A DNA stretch of 59,859 bases, the filler included, from Squatina squatina (taxonomy: Eukaryota), in NCBI GenBank assembly GCA_031763465.1. It is 4 parts of 4 records of this genome, joined end to end, with 100 filler letters (N's around TTAATTAATTAA, not from the genome) between each part and the next. Parts side by side here need not be neighbours in the genome. Positions count along the whole stretch, not along the records: positions 1 to 18,420 come from JARFOE010000039.1; positions 18,521 to 31,723 come from JARFOE010000001.1; 2 more parts are not named here. One strand, given 5' to 3'. The position numbers and the translations under genes are program-made. The notes beneath the pieces were generated by a model. That model was not told the origin of the DNA. It did not search any database and saw only the letters and a program-made list of their open reading frames with translations. Shown here one piece after another: positions 12,686 to 24,000 of this stretch. How positions within the stretch are numbered: position 1 is the first letter of the stretch; each line of letters begins with the position of its first letter.

Positions 12686-14649
12686 CTTTGGTCTGTGCTT
12701 GGAATACTAGATAGATAGATATTTGCTCAGAGACCTTCGGATTAGATTCACAGTAGCTCTCCAGAAAAAACTGACTCACTTTGAAAATAAAGAATAACTG
12801 TCCAAATTCCTGCAGCACACTCTGCCCCGTGGCACTGAACACTGTTCACTGCTCAGAGACAAACATTCTCTGGGGTCACAATAGGAATGTCATTTGGTGT
12901 GTGTGCAACAGGAAAGACTCTCTATCTCCTCTTTAGCAGAGGCATATCTTGCTCTTTCCTGGGACTTTGTTTGTACAGCTGTAATTCCACTGGAACATTT
13001 GTATGAACTCACCAGATACTTATATATCTATCTACAGGTCGACTGATCACTCATTACTGGGAGCTCTAACTATTGGAGTGTTGAATATAAATATCTCCAC
13101 TGGATAACATGAACCCATGTCAGTTTAAATTCCACATACTTGCACCTGGATTTGAACGGCACCTTGTGCGGTTACTTCACTCCAACCTTAGAGTGAATAC
13201 AGTTCCTGTCTGAACCAGTGGCTCAGAGAATATTTGCCGCACTAAATCATTAAAAAGGGCAAAGGGCAAGATTTTAGTACAGGGATGAACAAAATTTATT
13301 AACATCTGTTTCAAGAACAAATATTCCAACCTTCAGAAGCTGAGACACTCTAGAACTTGTACATTTTTGTCTGAACAATGTGCTGATGTNNNNNNNNNNA
13401 ACTGAGTCCAGCTGACATGTGCTCAATACATCAATGGGTCTGAAGCCAAATTACATTACTTCAAACCCTCTGGAGTCTGAAGTTGGACCTCCAGTGGTCT
13501 CAGCCCTCCTCAGACACTGTTAATCTCATTTGACTGTTAAAAACATGCCTGATAAAATACCAGAATTTTACAAATAAATTATGAGGCATATTCGAATGAG
13601 CATATTGAACGGGACCATGTCATTGGAACCATAACATTTTTGTTATTCCTTTAAAACACTCATTATTATATAAAATATGCATCCATTTTTCTGAATTTGT
13701 TTTTACATTCACGTCTCACTGAATTGAGCCAAGAGAACACCTTTCTGCTCACACTGTTGAGGATGACATGTGAATGCAATTTTTCCCACAAGTTGTTCTG
13801 AAGGAACTAAAGTTATTATCCAAACTGTGTCGTTTCACAAGCTGTTCAATATATTTACCTGATCAGACGCAGCTCATCAACGTCAATAATAAAAATTATA
13901 ACTAAGAGTAGCGTCTTCAATTTTAAAATCCCAATATGTTTATTAGTTCACAATGATTTCTTGTTGCAAGTACCGCAAACTATAAAGTTACCATTCCCCT
14001 TCTGAAGCTCTAGCTTTCCCAGCTACCTCGCCAGACACTACCCACTGAGAGATGCACTAATCCCATTAATCAGCATGTATCCACTTTCACATATTAGAAT
14101 GAAATGCCTTCAAAGATTTAAGCCAGTGCAGTGCTTATACATTTCTGGTGATGTACTACTGAAATCCGCACGGTCAGTGATCCACAATCCCCATCGCTGC
14201 AATGCCATTAAAGAAAGCTCAAGTCAATAGGCGCTTCAATATTTGTCTCATGCAAGTGAAAACAAATTGAATCATTCCACATTCAGTTTAAGTAATGACA
14301 ACCAAACNNNNNNNNNNNNNNNNNNNNNNNNNNNNNNNNNNNNNNNNNNNNNNNNNNNNNNNNNNNNNNNNNNNNNNNNNNNNNNNNNNNNNNNNNNNNN
14401 NNNNNNNATCCACGAACTGTTAGTAGGAGGGTACGAAGCGGTACCGAGAAACCTCTTACAGCATCTCTTCCACAAATATAACTTAACAGACTCACTATAT
14501 TGATCACTTGTAGGATGTGGTGCCTGCCTTGCTCCCGGATATTTAAGGCAACTGCTCGCATATCCAATTCAAGTTAAGAAGCAAGAAGCCATAGATCCAC
14601 TTTGGAAAGCAAATCTATGACCAAGTCTGCTTGGAGAGCAGACTGATGG

Positions 14650-15345
14650 TTTAAAAACTTAGAATAATGTCCCATGGCACTGCACTGAGGCCTAATCGAA
14701 ACAAATGAACACAGAGCAAAAGAAGGAGGTATGAGGAGCAACCAAAAGCTTGGTCAGAGGTGGGGATAGAGAGGTTTAAGGAGAGAATTTCAGAGGGCAA
14801 AACCTGGACAGCTGAAGCTACGGCCACCATTAATGGGAGGTGGTGGAGGGAAGGGTGCACAAGGGGCCAGAAACAGAGGAACGGAGTTCTGGGAAGTGGG
14901 TGTAGGGCTGGAGATAGAGATAGAGTGAACCATTGAGGGATTTAAACACGATAATGAAAATGTTAAAGTGAGATGCTGTGGGATCGGGAGCTGATGTAGG
15001 TCAGTGAAGACGGGTGATGGGCAGCAAAGATTTGTATGAGCTGAAGTTTAGAGGGTGAAGAATGAGGCCAGCCAGGGGAGTATTGGAATAGTCGAGTCTG
15101 ACGGTGACAAAGACATAGATGAAGGTTTCAGAAGCAGATAGACGGAGGCCGGGACGGAGACGGGCGATGTTATGGAAGTGGAAATAGGCTATCTTTGTGA
15201 TGGAAAGGCGAGAAGCACAGCTTGGGATCAATTAGGACATCAAGGTGATTCAACTGGAGACAGTGGCTGGGGAGGGGGACCGCATCAGCGGTAAAGGTAT
15301 GGAGTTTGTGGCAGGGGCGATGACGATGGCTACAGTCTTTGTCAA
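14650..15345 (-). mobile_element. L2 LINE 3' fragment
   Basis: AYFHFHNIARLRP..SETFIYVFVTVRLDYSN, the typical L2 post-RT region, followed by a 3' UTR similar to 51975-52232. Confidence 0.85.
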
Positions 15346-16050
15346 TGTCCACAATAGTTTACAATCTTTACAATTGTTGTCACAGACTGGGANNNNNNNN
15401 NNCTGGGAGAAACTAGTGAATGGCAATGAAAATGGATTATTGCAATAAGAATGGACCAAAGGAATGGTTGGCTCATGAGGGCAACAAAATGTTCTTGTAA
15501 CCCATGAGTAAATTCTGAGCAAAGGCCTCCACTCTCCCATTTCCTTTCCCCCATTCCTCCTCAGTCTGTCACTGACATTATGAGAGGGACTCTGTCCAAA
15601 CTTTCTACTGTCACAGAAGTTGATCTAGGTGTATTACAAGATCACGTAAGAAAGCCATTCAAGCCACTCAGCTATTTCCTTTCACAGACTATGTACAACC
15701 CACTCGATCCCAGACTCTTCCCAACTAGTTCGTCTGCTGAGGAGAGATTATATAAAGGTTCTGAACCCACATCCTACGTTTTGCATTTTTATGTTCTAGA
15801 ACATCCAGAGAGAGATAAGGCACTATATAATTGCTAGTTCTTTCATTCTCGTCATCTTCCTTGACATAACATGCTCATGGTCCCAGTAGCTCAGAAACCA
15901 TCATGTTCCAAACAGCTTTCAATCATCTCTACCTGTACTTATCCTTAGAACACTTCATCCTGCCCTTAACCAGATATTCAGCCGGCTATGAGTTTCGCAT
16001 TAAGTGACAAAGCAATCTATTCCCTGTACACACTAATCAATGTTTTATAC

Positions 16051-16254
16051 CTGTTCTTGCCCAACATAAGAACGCGAAGTGACTTCAGAGAAGAAAGACC
16101 GGAGATTTCCTCAATCCGATTGTTGTAAAGGTCCAAAAAGATAAGTCGACGCAGGTTGGAAAGGTGCTGGATCTGAGTGATGAGATTGTGCTGGAAATTC
16201 AACAAGCGAAGTTGCTGCTCGCCCTCTAGTATCGGACAGACCGTTAGGTTTCTC
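16051..16254 (-). CDS. LRRC49: LRRC49 exon encoding SDS22-like leucine-rich repeats
   Basis: tccag|G AGA AAC...AAC AG|gtataa; 204 bp. RNLTVCPILEGEQQLRLLNFQHNLITQIQHLSNLRRLIFLDLYNNRIEEISGLSSLKSLRVLMLGKN(R). Confidence 0.93.
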
Positions 16255-16403
16255 CTGGATAACAATTAAAAATACAAAATTGCTGATGGTAAGGAGTGAA
16301 TCTNNNNNNNNNNNNNNNNNNNNNNNNNNNNNNNNNNNNNNNNNNNNNNNNNNNNNNNNNNNNNNNNNNNNNNNNNNNNNNNNNNNNNNNNNNNNNNNNN
16401 NNN

Positions 16404-16560
16404 GCTTTTAAGAGGGAGTTGGATAAATAGCTGAAAGAAAAAAAAATTGCAGGGCTACAGGGAAAGGGCAGGGGAGTTAGATTAGCTGAGGTGCTCTTGC
16501 AAAGAGCTGGCACGGGCTCAACTGGCTGATTGGCCTTTTTCGTGCTGTAACCATTATATA
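16404..16560 (+). mobile_element. CR1 LINE 3' end
   Basis: Near-identical layout to the CR1 tail at 48790-48951 (gcagggctacagggaaagggcagggg...gtgctgtaaccatt). Confidence 0.8.
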
Positions 16561-16659
16561 AAAAAAAATTGAAAGATTGTGCTCAGTTTGTTATCTCCAC
16601 CCTAGGATGCATCTGAGGTTGCCAATCTGGACTGTGGGTGACTTGTTAACTTTGATGCC

Positions 16660-16775
16660 AACATATTTAGCACCTCCTTTCCATCTATTTTTATCCTATC
16701 CAGTATCTCTACTTCCTCCTCTACTGACATTAACTTCATCCTGTTTTGTGAAGACAGATGCAAAGTACTCACAGT
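16660..16775 (-). mobile_element. CR1 ORF2 fragment
   Basis: Minus-strand EYFASVFTK..EEVEILDRIKI, a CR1 pre-RT motif. Confidence 0.65.
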
Positions 16776-16989
16776 AGATTGCTTTTAGGAATAGCAGCTG
16801 ATGCTACTTTGTTGCCTGATTGTTAATTTTCACTAAACAAATCTATTAAAATTAGTAATTAATCCAGGTGTCCTCTTTAAATTGGTTAGTTTCTTTTCCT
16901 TGTTAACTGCAAGCTGGTATTGTGCTGCTGTTGTGGAGTCAGTTACGTACTTAGTGAACTTGTATTAAAACTGGATTTTTCTGTTCTAG

Positions 16990-18075
16990 GTGAAGCACCT
17001 CACTCGTGACTGGCAAACCACTGCCTTTGCTCTGAAGCATTCTGAGCTGCTGGAGCTGAATGAAGAAGGGAGGAAAGTGAGAAGGAAGACTGCTGTTCCA
17101 GTGTTCCCCAGTGAAAATCTTCCCAGTCGGATGCTGCTGGTACATGATATGCATATGTGCCCAGAATTTCAAGTTTTAAACCATAACCAGGAATCTGAAA
17201 ATGTTGGTTTGCAAGAGAAGATAATGGAGTATGTGCTGAAGGTATTTGGTTTGTTTGGTACAATTTCTTCTGTTCGCGTTCTAAAGCCTGGGAAGGAGCT
17301 TCCTGCAGATGTGAAGAGACTGAGCAATCGGTATTCACAGCTGGGAATGAAAGAGTGTGTGATTGTGGAGTTCGAAGATGTTGAATCTGCAATCAAAGCA
17401 CACGAGTCACTTGGAAAAACAGATGAGGGCATGAAAGTGGTGCTGATAGGGATGAAACCACCAAAAAAGAAAGTTGTCAGAGAGAAGACCAAAGAAGCTG
17501 AAGATGTTTGCAAGAATGAGTCGAAAAGCAAATCTGCTAATAAGCGAGTGGAAGAGCTGCAGTACACGGGCGAAGATTCCTCTGCGTATAGCTCATCTGA
17601 ACCAGAAAGCAATCCTGCATCTCCCATGCTTGGCCGCAAGCTTAAACCCAATAACCAGCTGAGCCCTAACACCTATCAAAACAATCACCTGAGTCCGAAT
17701 GCTTCACCTCGATCCAGTCCATGGAATAGTCCACGTTCGAGCCCATCAATGCAGCGGAAAAACACAGCTCCGCGGAAATCGCCACTTGCTGCAGATGCAA
17801 AGCTCAGTCCTGCTACAAGTCCTGAGGTTGGAAGTAAGTGGACTGACTATTCGTCTGACAGTAGCACTACACCGTCAGGCAGCCCGTGGGTACAGAGACG
17901 AAAACAGGCACAGGTGATATCATATGAGAACAGTCCAGTCAGCAGCCCTATGCTTTCCCGAAAAATGCATAATGCAGGTGGGCTGCCTCCAGGTGTAGTG
18001 CGGCTGCCCAGAGGTCCAGATGGTACAAAAGGATTCCAAGCTCTTCCAGAAAGGAGTAAGCCACTTGTAATCTGA
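16990..18075 (+). CDS. LARP6: LARP6 terminal coding exon (end of La motif, RRM, Ser/Pro-rich region, C-terminal LSA/SUZ-C motif)
   Basis: Polypyrimidine tract plus ttctag|GTG (Val, not a start). VKHLTRDWQTT...IVEFEDVESAIKAHE...DYSSDSSTTPSGSPWV...VRLPRGPDGTKGF, TGA stop; matches recalled LARP6; syntenic with LRRC49. Confidence 0.97.
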   Translation: MKHLTRDWQTTAFALKHSELLELNEEGRKVRRKTAVPVFPSENLPSRMLLVHDMHMCPEFQVLNHNQESENVGLQEKIMEYVLKVFGLFGTISSVRVLKPGKELPADVKRLSNRYSQLGMKECVIVEFEDVESAIKAHESLGKTDEGMKVVLIGMKPPKKKVVREKTKEAEDVCKNESKSKSANKRVEELQYTGEDSSAYSSSEPESNPASPMLGRKLKPNNQLSPNTYQNNHLSPNASPRSSPWNSPRSSPSMQRKNTAPRKSPLAADAKLSPATSPEVGSKWTDYSSDSSTTPSGSPWVQRRKQAQVISYENSPVSSPMLSRKMHNAGGLPPGVVRLPRGPDGTKGFQALPERSKPLVI

Positions 18076-18420
18076 AGTACTGTTTATTTTGTTCCTGTTC
18101 CCTGTAACTTGCCACCCTTTTTGGAATGACTCTTGACTTTGTGTACCTGGCTATTGGAAATTATTTCAGTTAGACCAAATGTAATGGGATTTAAATGTAT
18201 CAGTTTTAGTAAGTGTTTAATAATTCAGTTGGTATTTGATGTAACTTTGCAGTAGTGAACTGCTATTTTTTATGTCTTTTAGTTACTTTCCAAGTCTTTG
18301 GGGGATGTATCCTACCCTTTTTATTTTAGAGCTTTTGTTCTGTGAGGCGAGTGGGCAGTTTCCAAATTAAAGGTGGCATTCTCATGGAGAAAAGTATTAG
18401 CTGCCAGCACAAGTTATGGT

Positions 18421-18520
18421 NNNNNNNNNNNNNNNNNNNNNNNNNNNNNNNNNNNNNNNNNNNNTTAATTAATTAANNNNNNNNNNNNNNNNNNNNNNNN
18501 NNNNNNNNNNNNNNNNNNNN
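18421..18520. other. Artificial scaffold linker N44-TTAATTAATTAA-N44
   Basis: Exact 100-bp structure, palindromic core with stops in all six frames; occurs identically three times. Confidence 0.95.
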
Positions 18521-19859
18521 CCGGGTCACAGAGAGAGGGAAAACCACAGCCACACCCAGGGACAGAGAGGGAGAGAAAACCACAGACACACACAGGGACA
18601 CAGAGACAGAGAGTAAACCACAGACACACACAGGAACAGAGAGAGAAAACCACAGACACCCACAGGGACACAGAGAGAGAAAACCACAGACACACTCTGG
18701 GACACAAAGACAGAGAAAACCACAGACACACAGAGGGACAGAGAAGGAAAGAAGACCACAGATACACACAGGGACAGAGAGAGAGACAGAGAGAGAGAAA
18801 ACCACAGACCCACACAGGGACAGGGAGAAAACCATAGACACACATAGAGACACAGACGAAGAAAACCACAGACACACACAGGGACACAGAGAGAGAGAGA
18901 AAACCACAGACACTGACAGGGACACAGAGAGAGAAAAAAACCACAGAAACACAGACACACTCTGGGACACAGAGACAGAAAACCACAGATACACATGGGG
19001 ACACAGAGAGAGAAAACCACAGACACATACAGGGACACAGAAAGAGAAAACCACAGTCACCCATAGGGACACAGGGAGATAAAACCGCAGACACACACAG
19101 GGACAGAGAGAGAGATAATACCATGGAGACACACAGGGATACACAGAGAGAGAAAACCACAGACCCAAACAAGGACACAGAGAGAGAAAAAAAACCCACA
19201 GATACACACAGCGACAGAGAGAAAACCATAGACACACAAAGGGGCACAAAGAGAGAAAGGCACACACAGAGACAGAGAGTGAAAAAAACAGACACACGCA
19301 GGGACAGAGAGAGAGGAAACCACAGACACACACAGCGACAGAGAGAGAAAACCACAGACATACACAGGGACCGAGAGGGAGAGAAAACCACAGGTACATA
19401 CAGGGACAGAGGGAGAGAGAGAAAACCAAAGGGACACACACACAGAGAAAACCATAGAGGGACATAGGAACACAGAGAGAGAGGGAACCACAGACACACA
19501 CAGGGACAGAGAGAGAGAGAGAAAGAGAACACCACAGACACACACAGGGACAGAGATAGAGAGAGAAAACCACAGACACACACAGGGACACAGCGAGAGA
19601 GAGAAAACCACAGACAAACAGAGGGACACAAAGGGAGAGAAAACTACAGACACACACAGGGACACAGCGAGAGAGAAAACCACAGACACACACAGGGACA
19701 GAGAGAGAGAGAAAACCACAGACACACACAGGGACAGAGAGAGAGAGAGAGATAGAGAGAGAAAACCACAGACACACACAGGGACACAGCGAGAGAGAAA
19801 ACCACAGACAAACAAAGGGACACAAAGAGAGAGAAAACTACAGACACACACAGGGACAG
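18521..19859. repeat. Long complex minisatellite (~28-34 bp; GAAAACCACAGACACACACAGGGACA(GA)n)
   Basis: Roughly 40 degenerate tandem units; source of the spurious Cys/Val/Ser/Leu ORFs. Confidence 0.97.
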
Positions 19860-20674
19860 NNNNNNNNNNNNNNNNNNNNNNNNNNNNNNNNNNNNNNNNN
19901 NNNNNNNNNNNNNNNNNNNNNNNNNNNNNNNNNNNNNNNNNNNNNNNNNNNNNNNNNNNNNNNNNNNNNNNNNNNNNNNNNNNNNNNNNNNNNNNNNNNN
20001 NNNNNNNNNNNNNNNNNNNNNNNNNNNNNNNNNNNNNNNNNNNNNNNNNNNNNNNNNNNNNNNNNNNNNNNNNNNNNNNNNNNNNNNNNNNNNNNNNNNN
20101 NNNNNNNNNNNNNNNNNNNNNNNNNNNNNNNNNNNNNNNNNNNNNNNNNNNNNNNNNNNNNNNNNNNNNNNNNNNNNNNNNNNNNNNNNNNNNNNNNNNN
20201 NNNNNNNNNNNNNNNNNNNNNNNNNNNNNNNNNNNNNNNNNNNNNNNNNNNNNNNNNNNNNNNNNNNNNNNNNNNNNNNNNNNNNNNNNNNNNNNNNNNN
20301 NNNNNNNNNNNNNNNNNNNNNNNNNNNNNNNNNNNNNNNNNNNNNNNNNNNNNNNNNNNNNNNNNNNNNNNNNNNNNNNNNNNNNNNNNNNNNNNNNNNN
20401 NNNNNNNNNNNNNNNNNNNNNNNNNNNNNNNNNNNNNNNNNNNNNNNNNNNNNNNNNNNNNNNNNNNNNNNNNNNNNNNNNNNNNNNNNNNNNNNNNNNN
20501 NNNNNNNNNNNNCACAGGACACTGCCTTCACACTCATTTCTTCTGCCCGTCTCCGCCAAAGCCCGTGGAGCAAAAGTCTGTTCACTCTGTTCCCTCTCAC
20601 TCAGCTGCCCGCTCCGAACGCTGCCCGCTGTCTATGGTGGACGCTAGTAACCATGGACATGAACATCATCGGTA

Positions 20675-20905
20675 TAACAACATCAGCATGCATTTATATA
20701 ACGCTTTTAATGTAGTAAAACGTCCCAAGGCACTTCACAGGCACTTTATCAGACAGAATTTGATATGGAGCCACATAAAGAGAGATTAGGACAGGCCAAA
20801 GAGGTAGGTTTTAGGGAGCAACTTAAAGGAGGAGGGAAATGTAGAGAGGCGGAGAGGTTTTGGAAGGGAATTCCAGAGCTTAGGGCCGAGGCAGCTGAAG
20901 GCACG
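20675..20905 (-). mobile_element. L2 LINE 3' end
   Basis: Reverse-complement counterpart of 51975-52232 (RAFSCLGPKLWNSLP..FKLLPKTYLF plus tail). Confidence 0.85.
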
Positions 20906-20914
20906 GGTGTATCC

Positions 20915-21090
20915 AACAGTAATTTTCTGACTTTGCCCACTAGGCATGCATTTTGGAAACTTGCATGCTTTGGTGCATAATTTTCCAACCACTTAAATTA
21001 ACAATCCGAAATTTGTGTAATATAGTCTGATATGCAATCCTAGTGGGCGAGGCTCATAAAGTGAGCGCAAATATCAGGAAATTTCCCCTA
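20915..21090. mobile_element. MITE-like fragment
   Basis: Internal inverted repeat gcccactagg/cctagtgggc; ends in ggaaatttcccc like the other GC-terminal MITEs. Confidence 0.45.
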
Positions 21091-24000
21091 TCATGTAAAG
21101 GGGTGTTTAACAATAATGGTGCAGCTAACAGTTCTGGAAGAGATGACGAATTGAAGTTATTTTAATGTTCCTTTCTGTCTGCCTCTCAGAACTAGAGATC
21201 TATTTGTGGATTGTTTCAAGAACTGTTTACTGGTACACTTTATTAAGATCAAATTCCACCTGTATCATTTTAGATACTGTTCTATGTCATGGTCCTGCAG
21301 ATTAATAAAATATTACACAATCTCTTCATATATTGAGAACATCTTAAAGAAGTCAAATCTTGTAAAACTCGCAACTGCCCTTCACAAGTTCAAAAACAAT
21401 AAAAAAGCATTGACAGTATAAGTGAGATAAATTTATGGAAATAAACAGGGAAAGAAATGAAGGAAAAGAAAGGTAAAACAGAAAGGTAAAGTCAGACACA
21501 AGAGAACTAACCAAATATGAAACTCAAATCCACTTATAACCAAAGGAGAGGAAAAGATGTAAATTTTTTCTATCACTGCTACTGATTAGAAACCTGACCC
21601 TACATTACGTTCTGTATTTGCCATACCCATAGATGTTACAGATTTTCCCTTTATTAATTAGTATATGACCAACTTTATATTGAAACAGTTTACAGAAGAA
21701 AAATACTATGCAGCACATACAATTGGAGGACTGTGGTTTTAGTCACAGGGGTTTAAACCAGCTCTTAGAATAATGGAATGCTCTGAGCAGTATGCTGGCT
21801 TACAATATTTTTCCACTGTGGGCAAGCAAATGTATTTTTAACAACAGCCTTTCATAAAGTCTGTGCAGTGGATAATTTGCCACAGTGTTTACATACTGTT
21901 TGCCTGACTCAGTTACTATTAATGTCTTGTTAAAAAAAACTACATTTGTTTTACTTTAAAATCCCAATCAGATGAATATATTATTTATTGCGTGCTTGCT
22001 ACTTTAAAGTAACGTCTGCGCAGAAGGAAATTAAAGCTACACATTTGAAAAAACTAATCAGTCTGCAAACGCATATTGTAGATGTGCATAAGGCCACACA
22101 TGGTGCCTCTGTTCGGTAGATGAAAGCTCACTTCTTGGCAGTACTCGCCTCAGTATACGTGGATAGTGGAATGGCCAGAGGTAAGGTATGATTCTGATGC
22201 AAGTCATGACAAAGTGATGTAATCACAATTTTAAAAAAAATTGACACCTATTTTGTTTGGACCTATCTTCAAGTGATAGCAAAATATGCTGTCGATATAA
22301 ATCCTCTCCACATGATACATAATACTTTTGGTATCTTTTGTACACACTATGTGATTACACATATTTCATACAGGATTCTTGACTGGACTTTCTCCATTGT
22401 TGCTGAATGTTGCTAATTAGATAAATACAATTGTGTGGCACAATGGTTTTCATGGATCCCTCATGATTCAGTAGAGAGAGCTACAGTCTTCATGATGCAT
22501 GGTGAGAAACCACTTTCACTACTGTCTGTTAATTCAGTTCATTGGTTTTCATTGTTCTGTCACTAGGGCTACTGCAATAAGAGAAGAAAACTGATGAGCA
22601 TCTGAAAGACAAAATAGGTTTAACGATTTGGCTGTGACCTTTCATCAGAACATTATCAGGTTTATTTCAAAAGGTACCACCCAAACATATTAACCTATCT
22701 TTGTGCTATTAGATGNNNNNNNNNNNNNNNNNNNNNNNNNNNNNNNNNNNNNNNNNNNNNNNNNNNNNNNNNNNNNNNNNNNNNNNNNNNNNNNNNNNNN
22801 NNNNNNNNNNNNNNNTTTAACAGTGGTATTTAGTCCTCTGCCACCCCAACTTCTGACTGCAGTATTTACAGTCATCTCAACTGTGCTAAAGGTTTCTCAC
22901 CACAGCTGGACTTTATACTGTTAGATGGGGGGTGGGGGCTGGGCCAGGTAGCACTTGCCTGAATGATGTATCTTTGTGCCAGCAGACGGGTACAAAGCCT
23001 TTTTCAGTCTACTGGCATATTCCAGGGATGCCTGTGGTACACCTGGAAAATGATCACATTTGTGTGACATGCTGTCCTCTATATCTGGGATTGGGGGAGT
23101 GAATGTTGTCTATAGAGGGCAGCAGAACAGGGTTAAATGAGATGTGACAGGGGTTGAAAATGCAGATGTTTTGCTCGATTACCTTTGGAGATTAGTAAAT
23201 ATTTATGCAGAACTGTCCCTTGGGATTAAACCTACATGTATGTTAGGGTAGATTGTATGTAGTCTGTAGAAACAGTGGTCTTTCTAGTTGCATGCCTGTT
23301 TATGCTCACAAGCAGCTGCACTTCTGTTTACTGCATTTGCAATGCCGGAGCATTTTTCTACTTCCCACATCAGAAATATTGACATCATGCATAAATATCT
23401 AAACTTCGCTTTCTCCGTCGCTTACTCCCCATGGGTAAGTATCCAAATTGCGTAGGTTTGACTTTAAAATTAGAACACTTGTGCAAAAAGAGCCATGAAC
23501 TCCCAACACTTCTCTTGCTTGTACTGTATCACAAAAGTTGGTGGCTCTCATCCAATAGATCTGAGAACGTTATAGTTCTCAAATGGCCCTAAAGTGAAAG
23601 CTGCCAAATACTTCGCCTCAAAAGTCACTTGAGACAGAGAAACAATCAGGGTAGAACCTGGAGAAGACAACAGGAGCTTTGTTGAAACTACTTGCGAGCT
23701 GTGCAAGCGAGCAATCTTAGCATTCTGTATGTGTGCACCAATGTATCAAGTCACAACTAAAGACCTAGTTCAAACAGTTCCACTATCAATCGCCATGTTG
23801 CAAAACTGACTTTCTTTTCCCAGAGCTACTTACTGCAAATATGAAGCTGTGTGGATTCAAATCCATTAAGCTTTTATGAAAGAACAAATCCAATCAAGGG
23901 AAATCTTGAGGGGTGAGTTTGTTTAATTTTATCCATAATATTTTCTGTATAATCTCAGCACTTTTGTTAAGAAATTAAAAACACAAAAATCTCCTATGGT

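Noticed and set aside
17000-17672. Antisense ORFs over LARP6
   Set aside because: Shadow frames of a coding exon with no independent signal.
16990-18075. Intronless LARP6 retrogene starting at GTG
   Set aside because: A canonical acceptor precedes it and most of the La motif is missing; it is the normal large last exon.
18465-20600. Long Cys/Val/Ser/Leu-rich ORFs (388-500 aa)
   Set aside because: They are translations of a minisatellite and N runs, open in several frames, with no protein features.
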